Of a stretch of DNA of 64,000 bases, positions 9,584-16,419 are shown piece by piece (the stretch's first letter is position 1; the number at the start of each line of letters is the position of its first letter). The notes beneath the pieces were generated by a model that ran no database searches, was not told the DNA's origin, and was given only the letters and a program-made list of their open reading frames with translations. Source of the stretch: a virus (Duplodnaviria > Heunggongvirae > Uroviricota > Caudoviricetes); IMG/VR virus record IMGVR_UViG_2645727901_000008, one strand, 5' to 3'. The translations under genes and the position numbers were made by a program.

Positions 9584-9608
9584 AAAAAAAGGCCGCACAT
9601 GGCGGCCT
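9584..9608 (-). terminator. Intrinsic terminator-like hairpin 28 nt upstream of a gene start (orphan terminator/attenuator)
   Basis: Minus strand: AGGCCGC-CATGT-GCGGCCT followed by TTTTTT. No minus-strand ORF lies upstream of it. Confidence 0.5.
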
Positions 9609-9824
9609 GCTTTGGCGTTATGACTCCCTACCGCGCTTCGGCTGAAAGTTAATCGTCAAAAGAACCTTCAACGGGAGCCGTTAGCGCGATGGATTATGTG
9701 CAGTTTGTGATTTCCAAAATAGTGTCAACCACTTTTTGTGGATTTTATTTTTTGACCGAAATTTGGCCTAAATCATGTTGATGTAGTTAATTGTTTTTAT
9801 AACATAAAACTTCATTTTGTTTAC

Positions 9825-10448
9825 ATGAAGGATGGTGTAGTGAAGTTAAGGGTTTTAGGGGCCGCGCTCGCGGCTATGTTGGGATGCGTATCTGCTAATA
9901 CTGCCAATGCAACTGCGTTACCTGCACAATTCAGGGCAGGGCAGCAGGTTATGAATAATGCTGGTGGGGATCATTCACAAGCGGCCATTATGGACTTTTG
10001 CAAGAGGGAGGGCATTCCATTACGGCCTGTTGGAACTCAGTTTATTGGTAAAACTGACTTTTGCGTTTTTGCATATACAGCATATCTGACGGACAAAGCT
10101 ATAACAAAAACAGGTTATTCAACCAAAGATACTCTTTCCAGATTAAGTCAGGGATGGCAGCAATTCGAAGTGTATCGCCAGCAAGGATTAGGTGAGTTAT
10201 TGCAACCACTTTTTATGCTTGCGTTGGTGCCCGAGGGGCAGCAATTTTTGGTTAAAAAGGGAATGCTTCGCCAAAGTGATATTGCCGGGTTCGATAGCAT
10301 GATGGCTTATGAGCGCAAACTAACCGAGCAGCGAAATAAAAAACCATCTGCTTCATGTGTGCAAAGTAAAACAGCAGAATACAGTGCAGTAGCCGGGCCT
10401 TTAGCCAAACAAATGGCAGAGCAATGGTGTAAAAAATACGGGCAATAA
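9825..10448 (+). CDS. Secreted/periplasmic hypothetical protein (moron)
   Basis: N-terminal signal peptide (LRVLGAALAAMLGCVSANTANA). AT-rich upstream region. Its own transcription unit with the next gene. Confidence 0.45.
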   Translation: MKDGVVKLRVLGAALAAMLGCVSANTANATALPAQFRAGQQVMNNAGGDHSQAAIMDFCKREGIPLRPVGTQFIGKTDFCVFAYTAYLTDKAITKTGYSTKDTLSRLSQGWQQFEVYRQQGLGELLQPLFMLALVPEGQQFLVKKGMLRQSDIAGFDSMMAYERKLTEQRNKKPSASCVQSKTAEYSAVAGPLAKQMAEQWCKKYGQ

Positions 10449-10468
10449 GTTACGCAGCGGAGGCAGAA

Positions 10469-10861
10469 TTGAAAAGATTGACTATTGCTTTACTGGCGTC
10501 TTTCCCTTTGATCGCGAGCGCCGGAAATTTACAAGTTAAGTGCGGTCGGTTTGATATAAAAATCTATCCAGATGCCATATTTCTGAATGGGAATAAGGTT
10601 GATAACGTACACCGAAAAACTAAATCTGACGTAATGAGCTATGTGTTCCAGGAGTATGCGGAGATGGGGGGAACTTACACGCTGTACTCGCTGGATGTTC
10701 CTTCTCGCGGTGATATGACATTATCCCATCAATGGCAGAACGCCGATGGCGAAGCTCTGCGCGAAGTTAAAACAGAAAAATGCGGCACTTTCCATTCTTT
10801 TAAAGGGAAAGTGCCAAATGTTAAATCTGTGCTTGAAAAACAGCGCGCAGGTGATTTTTAA
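10469..10861 (+). CDS. Secreted hypothetical protein (moron)
   Basis: Signal peptide MKRLTIALLASFPLIASA. GGAGG SD upstream. Confidence 0.45.
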   Translation: MKRLTIALLASFPLIASAGNLQVKCGRFDIKIYPDAIFLNGNKVDNVHRKTKSDVMSYVFQEYAEMGGTYTLYSLDVPSRGDMTLSHQWQNADGEALREVKTEKCGTFHSFKGKVPNVKSVLEKQRAGDF

Positions 10862-10884
10862 ACTGCGTTAGCACTTTGAACATG

Positions 10885-10916
10885 GCGACAACACATCTTG
10901 GTGGCTGCGTTGTCGC
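10885..10916 (+). terminator. Hairpin terminator after the secreted-protein pair
   Basis: GCGACAAC (10885-10892) pairs with GTTGTCGC (10909-10916), followed by a T-rich run. Confidence 0.45.
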
Positions 10917-10949
10917 TGTATGTTTTTATAATATAAAGCATTAAAGTTT

Positions 10950-11567
10950 TCATTTTTGTCGGATCTTTTCCAGCATATTTAATTCATTATCACTTTCTGC
11001 TGCTGAGACGGTTGGCCTCACATTTCCGAAATATTTCCTGTGAGACTCATGACTTATGTATTCACCGACAGTTTCATTCTTGAATATACGAATTTGACAT
11101 ATGCGAGATCCAACAATAAGTTCTACAGGGCTATTCCCATGATTAAATAACTCTAAAGATATACAGCCTCTGTACCCTGGTTGTATCATGGTATTTAATG
11201 AAAGACCAAGCCTTGTATAGCTGCTTCTGGACAATACATCAGCGTAGCAATCTGGTGGCAAACAAACATATTCTAATGTTGTTGCCAGTACCACTTGATT
11301 CGGGTAAACAATGAATCTATCCCCAAGATCTCTCCTTGTTTCCTGGAAAAATGTTCTGATTGGTTGATGAGTATCATTGTTTTTTGATGGAATTAACTCT
11401 ATTGACGGCTTCCTTGTCATAATAGACACTAAAAAATCGTAACCAAGTCTAAGGTCTATGGTGAAGTTCCCAATTTGGTTTTTATTTAGAAGAGGTTCAA
11501 TGAACAACGACTCAGGTTCTTCTGATTCATAATATTGCAGCAATTCAGCTTTGCTTAGGAGATTCAT
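10950..11567 (-). CDS. Minimal dCTP deaminase / dUTPase-fold enzyme (Dcd-like), third gene of the cassette
   Basis: SRSSYTRLGL versus E. coli Dcd GRSSLARLGL. IQPGYRGCISLELFN versus IDPGWSGCIVLEFYN, including the catalytic Glu. TIDLRLG versus TVDVRLG. ATG 11567 overlaps the upstream stop (ATGA) and has a GGAG SD. Confidence 0.7.
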   Translation of the reverse strand: MNLLSKAELLQYYESEEPESLFIEPLLNKNQIGNFTIDLRLGYDFLVSIMTRKPSIELIPSKNNDTHQPIRTFFQETRRDLGDRFIVYPNQVVLATTLEYVCLPPDCYADVLSRSSYTRLGLSLNTMIQPGYRGCISLELFNHGNSPVELIVGSRICQIRIFKNETVGEYISHESHRKYFGNVRPTVSAAESDNELNMLEKIRQK

Positions 11568-12637
11568 TGTGCACTCCATTTTTCAAGAATCATTACGTTT
11601 CGAATCGATTTTTCAACCAAATCATTTATAGTTTTTTCTATGGCTTCTTGTGACAACCCAGACCATATACCCGTAGGTTTTTCCCATTCAGAGCATAAGT
11701 ACTGCCAGCTGCTGTTAATAAAAGCATGCATTTCATTGTGGTCGCGAATAACAAAAGGACGCACATTATCAAAAGCTGATTTCACATCAAGCAAAGGTGT
11801 CGGCAATGTCAAACAAGGAGAAATAATCTGCCCACCATTATGTAAGGCTGATATCACAGCATTGAACATGCCAACAACTGGATTTTCCACTTTGTTCAAA
11901 AAGTCGCTTACAATTTTAACTCTATCTTCTGTGGATGGGTGAGTATAGCTTGCAGGATGAGAGCCAGCTAATTTGTATAAGAAATCTACCCCACTTTTTC
12001 CAATAAATTGGGCACTAAATAGATCTGCAAAATATTCTCTGCAATGATTTATCCAAATAACATCAGGTAGATTACTCCATTCTGGTCCAGGAAGTGTGCC
12101 TTTGTCCTTGGAACGATAGTTAAGACAGGCAAGCTCAGAAATACCTTTGCTAATATCAACGAAATGTCCCAATTCGTGATATAAAGGTATAGAGCATAAT
12201 GGTCGTCTTCTGTACATTTCAGGTAATGAAATCTGAATTAATTCGACATCGAATTTGACATTTAAAACTTCGTCAAATAAAGAATACAAATTCTTGTTTA
12301 CAGACTTAAAATAAAACCCATGCATATCTGGAGATAGGGCTGTGGTTATAAGTGTTTTTTCACTTATCCATTTTTTACAGGCATCATTTAAGCAATAGAC
12401 AATCTCGTAGGGAATTTTCTTTGTAGTACTGCCAGTGAAAAAATTAACTGCATCGGTGATAAAAAAAGTACAATCCGCAATTATTTTATCAGCAACATTC
12501 ACATGGTTTTCATAGAGCTTATCCACCGCTTCTTGTAGAACAGCAAGATATTCATGCATGTCTTTAGAAAAATAGGGAGATTCTGATATCTCCCTTAGCT
12601 TATTTCGAACTAATGTAAGTTGTGTAAATGCAAGCAT
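11564..12637 (-). CDS. Soluble M48-like zinc metallopeptidase-motif protein (HExxH...ExxAD...HPxxxxR)
   Basis: YHELGHFVD, then REYFADLFSA, then SYTHPSTEDRV, in the order I recall for HtpX/Ste24-type peptidases. No obvious TM segment. AT-rich. Confidence 0.5.
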   Translation of the reverse strand: MLAFTQLTLVRNKLREISESPYFSKDMHEYLAVLQEAVDKLYENHVNVADKIIADCTFFITDAVNFFTGSTTKKIPYEIVYCLNDACKKWISEKTLITTALSPDMHGFYFKSVNKNLYSLFDEVLNVKFDVELIQISLPEMYRRRPLCSIPLYHELGHFVDISKGISELACLNYRSKDKGTLPGPEWSNLPDVIWINHCREYFADLFSAQFIGKSGVDFLYKLAGSHPASYTHPSTEDRVKIVSDFLNKVENPVVGMFNAVISALHNGGQIISPCLTLPTPLLDVKSAFDNVRPFVIRDHNEMHAFINSSWQYLCSEWEKPTGIWSGLSQEAIEKTINDLVEKSIRNVMILEKWSAQ

Positions 12638-12942
12638 TAAATGTACTCTAATACATTCCGGGCCATTACGGGTTCTAACATATCTTCGCTAGTTACTTTG
12701 GTTAGCACCTGGGCGAGCGCCTTAGTGTGGCGTATCTCTACCGCGAGCGAGATGGACTCTCTGTGAGAAGGAATCTGTAATTGATCACCTTTATCTACAC
12801 TTAAGTTTGAGGCTTCTCTGATCACCTCATAAACCCGTAACTTTAACTGCTGTGACACTTCTTGTTGAGATGCTATAAGCTGAAGTACAGTCTTGATCAA
12901 CTTCAAAGAATCAGAAGCTTGCTGAGGAACCGCATAGAGCAT
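12637..12942 (-). CDS. Small helical protein, first gene of the cassette
   Basis: 101 aa with an AAAGGAGGGG SD. Its stop overlaps the next start (TAATG). Confidence 0.4.
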   Translation of the reverse strand: MLYAVPQQASDSLKLIKTVLQLIASQQEVSQQLKLRVYEVIREASNLSVDKGDQLQIPSHRESISLAVEIRHTKALAQVLTKVTSEDMLEPVMARNVLEYI

Positions 12943-13077
12943 AACCCCTCCTTTCCCTTATCTATAACCGCTTTCTTTTTTCTGTGTATGTTAAAAGTAG
13001 AAGCGGTTTTTACCTTTTGTAATATATATAGTGTCTAAAACTAACTTTGGCACTATATATGGCATGATATCTATGTT

Positions 13078-13123
13078 TTAAAGACACAAAAGCTCTGTTA
13101 AAACAGAGCTTTTGTGTCTTTAA
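13078..13123. repeat. Perfect 22-bp inverted repeat (2-nt spacer) upstream of the cassette
   Basis: TTAAAGACACAAAAGCTCTGTT (13078-13099), aa, AACAGAGCTTTTGTGTCTTTAA (13102-13123). Confidence 0.8.
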
Positions 13124-13267
13124 CTTGATCATTTTCTCGCTGAAGTGTATGTCAGGCTTAGCTCATAATCAAGTTGCTTCCAAGCTAAAAATGAGCTAGC
13201 TCCCTGAAACACTAAGAGCGGGGTGTTTCATTTATTAGCGTTGGGCCTGACGGTGTGTAGGTGAATT

Positions 13268-13555
13268 TTAGCTCATTACTCGATAACGACGGGGAATGGA
13301 ATTCTCCATCAGGCCACGAATTACTCCCGCCTCACGTAGTTCCTCTGTCTCCCAGTATCTGTTTGTCACCAGATCGAGGCTGGCTATGACCTTGTGCCGG
13401 TCATTCGGCATAGCTAATTTTTCTGCTATAACCATCAGTGAAAACTCTTCATCCAGTAGAATTTGATAGCAGTTTTTTGATAGTTCCACTTCCCTTATGA
13501 GACTGAAACGTCGCTGGATTGTGGCAGTAGAGTAAGTGAAATCTATTTTCTTCAT
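13268..13555 (-). CDS. Hypothetical protein, distal gene of immI-like module 1
   Basis: 95-aa ORF downstream of the antirepressor gene, after an intercistronic hairpin. Confidence 0.35.
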   Translation of the reverse strand: MKKIDFTYSTATIQRRFSLIREVELSKNCYQILLDEEFSLMVIAEKLAMPNDRHKVIASLDLVTNRYWETEELREAGVIRGLMENSIPRRYRVMS

Positions 13556-13587
13556 CGTGCGGAGAATCCGATTATTTAGCAGTTAAA

Positions 13588-13606
13588 GCCCCGGACAGGC
13601 CGGGGC
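13588..13606 (-). terminator. GC hairpin, homologous to the module-2 terminator but with a weak U-run
   Basis: GCCCCGG-N5-CCGGGGC. Same stem as 51537-51555. Confidence 0.35.
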
Positions 13607-13614
13607 AACAGTAA

Positions 13615-14541
13615 TTAACTAACAATCCAGTCCATAGCAACCATATCCTCTGGCGCTAAATCAATAGCATGGATTTTCCCATCCCGGATAGTGCGCCAGT
13701 GCTTCCTTGATCCGCCTTCGGGCCATACCCATACACCTTCAGACCATGAGGCGCGACGGCATACCGTTGCATATCCACTTCTGATCTTCTCTCTGGCGGT
13801 ATGCAGTGACAGATTATCTTTTGGGATTTCCGGTAAAGGATGATGGATTGCCTGAAACAGCCCCATCTTGGGATGATACCAGCGTTTGTTGCGTGGTTCT
13901 GCCTCCGACATAACCTGCTTGAAGGCTTTCTGGAAGGGGGCCAGGGCCACAATGGAGCGTCGCGCAAGCAAACCATCTGGAGTTAAAAACTCATGCGTAT
14001 CGGTGGGAATCCGGAAAGCGTTAACCAGGTTGCGACATTTGGCTTCGGTCAGGCCACATTTCGCCGCCAGCTGGCGGTAGCCAATGTAGCCTTCCGGAAT
14101 ATTGCCTTTCTTTATTTGCTCGAGTGTTTCAGCGACCATCGATACTTGTGCTGATACCTCGGCTACCTGGGCATTTACGGCGTTGATCCGGCGTTCATGC
14201 TCAAGATGCATTTGCGCCATTTCAGCCAGGATTTCGGCTTTTGATTTTAACTGTACCCGGGCATTCTCCAGTTCGCGCCAGCGGTCCACCAGCCGGGCGG
14301 TGAATTCGGGAGAGAGCTGCGCGACGACGACAATACTATCGCGCTTGCCTTGCTCGCCTTCGAAGACGTAATAGCTCGCCGGGCGGCCTGCGGTGGGCTT
14401 TTCCTCAATTTGAGGAAAAGATATTACGCCCCGTTCCGCCAGGTGTTCAATGGTGCGTTTAACGTTATCAGGGCGCTTACCTACCAGTTCCGCGATCTCA
14501 ATGCTGGTCATTGTCGCTTTTTGAGAGATGGACAGATTCAT
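13615..14541 (-). CDS. ant: Antirepressor-type protein (Rha/Ant N-terminal domain) fused to a C-terminal DUF2829-like domain
   Basis: MTSIEIAELVGKRPDNVKRTIEHL..GRPASYYVFEGEQGKRDSIVVVAQLSPEFTARLVDRWRELE (Rha-like). The C-terminus RRASWSEGVWVWP..DMVAMDWIVS parallels the separate 66-aa ORF at 51564. Occupies the P1 ant position after icd. Confidence 0.65.
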   Translation of the reverse strand: MNLSISQKATMTSIEIAELVGKRPDNVKRTIEHLAERGVISFPQIEEKPTAGRPASYYVFEGEQGKRDSIVVVAQLSPEFTARLVDRWRELENARVQLKSKAEILAEMAQMHLEHERRINAVNAQVAEVSAQVSMVAETLEQIKKGNIPEGYIGYRQLAAKCGLTEAKCRNLVNAFRIPTDTHEFLTPDGLLARRSIVALAPFQKAFKQVMSEAEPRNKRWYHPKMGLFQAIHHPLPEIPKDNLSLHTAREKIRSGYATVCRRASWSEGVWVWPEGGSRKHWRTIRDGKIHAIDLAPEDMVAMDWIVS

Positions 14542-14756
14542 CAGTGCGCCTCCACGCAGTTCATCGGCAGATTCCAGTAATTGAGGATCTCCATCGCATC
14601 AAGAGTGAAGCGAGCAGCAAAAATGCAGGGTTCTTCGGGAAGGTATGAGCGCGCCTCTGCTTCGGTAGCAGCCATGACGCAGATATACAGGTGTTTTTGG
14701 CAGGAATAGAAACGCCAGATAAATTCAGAATGAGTTGGGGTAGGGATAGTAGCCAT
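14541..14756 (-). CDS. icd: Icd-like small protein (cell-division-inhibitor family), module 1
   Basis: 71 aa, EFIWRF motif, paralogue of 52468-52692. TGATG coupling to ant. Its SD is covered by the b2 target of the c4-like RNA. Confidence 0.55.
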   Translation of the reverse strand: MATIPTPTHSEFIWRFYSCQKHLYICVMAATEAEARSYLPEEPCIFAARFTLDAMEILNYWNLPMNCVEAH

Positions 14757-14812
14757 ATTGGCAGCCTCCTTTGACTAAGTTAAGGAGCTACCGCGTGAGG
14801 TTCCAATCTCAA

Positions 14813-14892
14813 TGGCGGTAGCACTGACTGGGTTGGAACTACCGGCGTCAAAGGGAACCGGCCTGCCTTTCGGCAGCCCAGCCAGCACTACC
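14813..14892 (-). ncRNA. c4: c4-like antisense immunity RNA, module 1 (~77-80 nt)
   Basis: - 16-bp terminal helix GGUAGUGCUGGCUGGG / CCCAGUCAGUGCUACC, then GCCA.
- Internal CUGCC-GAAA-GGCAG hairpin.
- Loop CCUUUGAC and single-stranded GUUCCAA each have complements both upstream and downstream; the downstream copy overlaps the icd SD.
- Length fits the 77-nt P1 c4. Confidence 0.7.
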
Positions 14893-14941
14893 ATTGATCT
14901 CTGAGCTAAACGCTACGTATGGCTGTGCGATGGCATGACAC

Positions 14942-14963
14942 AAAAAAAGACGCTTTCGGCGTC
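14942..14963 (-). terminator. Hairpin plus U7 between the a1/b1 boxes and c4 (module 1)
   Basis: Minus strand: GACGC-CGAAA-GCGTC followed by TTTTTTT. Confidence 0.55.
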
Positions 14964-15068
14964 TGTGTCGCCTTTGACATTATCCGGGGTTCCAATCCCG
15001 GCACCCGTTTTTCTAAGGTGCCGTAGAAATATACCCCACGATAATGCCAGGGCGCAACAGTCAGTATT

Positions 15069-15236
15069 TTATGCTTTGGCGGATTTCTTCCGGGCTTGCT
15101 TGCAGGCGTAGGCCATTGCTTTAGCTTTCACTTCATCCAGCTTCCCGGTGATCGCTTCTTTTCCGAGAGTGACAAACCAGTCATAGCAACCGCCAGTGAT
15201 GTTCTGGATTTGAAAGTTGAGGTAGCGAACGGTCAT
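15069..15236 (-). CDS. Possible 55-aa ORF, coupled to a 29-aa ORF (15233-15322)
   Basis: Own translation: MTVRYLNFQIQNITGGCYDWFVTLGKEAITGKLDEVKAKAMAYACKQARKKSAKA. ATGA overlap with the upstream mini-ORF MNSYCLFPSLVVRHSRDNLHSLLALGVSK, which has an AAGGAG SD. Confidence 0.3.
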   Translation of the reverse strand: MTVRYLNFQIQNITGGCYDWFVTLGKEAITGKLDEVKAKAMAYACKQARKKSAKA

Positions 15237-15557
15237 TTTGACACCCCCAGCGCGAGTAAAGAATGCAGATTATCGCGTGAGTGGCGGACAACGAGTGATG
15301 GGAAAAGACAGTAGCTGTTCATAGTGTAGTGACTCCTTGCTTTCGGAGCCGCCATCGACTGTTCCACGGTCTGGTGGCGGCGCAATAAAGGCTGGAACAC
15401 CGTGAGTCAACGGGGGCTTTTCAGCCACCTATATTGCACCGCCATAGGTATAGCGGCGGCAATAATACGAAAAACTAAACAGTTTGTCTCAAAAAGTTGA
15501 CCGGTGTGCCAATCGGTAGTGAATGTACATCGGAGAAATTTACAATTCAACTTAAAA

Positions 15558-15574
15558 TGTTAGAAAACTAATTT
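15558..15574 (+). promoter_or_regulatory. 17-bp motif copy (candidate C1-type operator)
   Basis: TGTTAGAAAACTAATTT at the ref 3' end, upstream (on the minus strand) of the immI-1 leader. Minus-strand TTGAAT-17-TACATT lies just downstream. Confidence 0.45.
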
Positions 15575-16146
15575 ATCAATTCAATCGCCATCTGATACAA
15601 CGTCATTTCATCGGCATTGTGCCGCATGAAATCTGCTTTTCCGCCTATTTTTCCGTCAGCATGAACAGGGACCAGCCAGGGATATTGTTCTCGGACCTCG
15701 GCTGGCGCTGCGTACTGGTGGTGCCATTTACACAAAGGGAGGACATATTTATGCGCGTTCTCTGCCGTTCTCCCGAAGATATGGTGCAGGGATACTACTG
15801 GGCTATGTTGTCCGTGAATATGGCAGGCAATGCAGGGGAGAGTACCGATAGCGGTCTGTATCCGGCGTTCATCAGCTGTGAGTGATCTGCCCTTCAGGCC
15901 GCGTGACGTGCGTGTTTTTTTGGGCGGAGCGGATACAGCTTTATCTTTTCTCCGCTGTTCATATTGCTTTGCTTTTTCAATTTTCTTTTGCCGATATTCA
16001 GGCGATGCGGCTTTTTCTCTCGCTCGCTGCTGCTGGCGTTGAGCTTGTTGAAGGCGCTTTGCCCTTTGTTCCTCTCGCCAGGCCGGGTCAGCCAATTTTT
16101 GCATGGCTTTTTGTCTCTGTTTCTCCCAATAGCTCTGTTTCTGCAT
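15568..16146 (-). CDS. ref: Ref recombination-enhancement nuclease (HNH-type, RecA-dependent in P1)
   Basis: Basic N-terminus plus RGLKGR..ADERRI..LPCIACHIHG..SLHHI.GRT..LPLCKWHHQYAAPAEVREQYPWLVPVHADG, which closely matches P1 Ref as I recall it. Confidence 0.85.
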   Translation of the reverse strand: MQKQSYWEKQRQKAMQKLADPAWREEQRAKRLQQAQRQQQRAREKAASPEYRQKKIEKAKQYEQRRKDKAVSAPPKKTRTSRGLKGRSLTADERRIQTAIGTLPCIACHIHGQHSPVVSLHHIFGRTAENAHKYVLPLCKWHHQYAAPAEVREQYPWLVPVHADGKIGGKADFMRHNADEMTLYQMAIELIN

Positions 16147-16194
16147 GATGGCAGTCTCTTACTTTTCAATGATTTTTCTATGATTGATCAAAAC

Positions 16195-16224
16195 TGTTAG
16201 ATATTCAAAATTGATTTTCTAACA
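16195..16224. promoter_or_regulatory. Bivalent motif (candidate operator) overlapping a plus-strand sigma70-like promoter, between ref and the early operon
   Basis: TGTTAGA-N16-TCTAACA. TTGATT (16211-16216), 16 nt, TAATAT (16233-16238). Confidence 0.55.
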
Positions 16225-16263
16225 CAAAACATTAATATCATTCCTGATAACTGTTTGGAGGAC

Positions 16264-16419
16264 ATGATGCTTATAGCTTTAAGTGCGATCCACCAGCCAT
16301 CTGTGAATGAAATTGGCCTGTTCTATGTGTTGTTTTTCGGGGCGTTGGCGCTACTTGAGCTTGGTATTGAGCTTTTCGCAGTGCTTATGTTTTGCGTCAC
16401 GATTTTGGGGAAATTTTGA
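16264..16419 (+). CDS. 51-aa hydrophobic peptide, first gene of the early operon
   Basis: Own translation: MMLIALSAIHQPSVNEIGLFYVLFFGALALLELGIELFAVLMFCVTILGKF. GGAGG SD. TGATG coupling to the next gene. Confidence 0.4.
   Translation: MMLIALSAIHQPSVNEIGLFYVLFFGALALLELGIELFAVLMFCVTILGKF

Noticed and set aside
15096-15314. 72-aa plus-strand ORF
   Set aside because: No SD. It overlaps a better-supported pair of coupled minus-strand mini-ORFs and lies in the immI leader.
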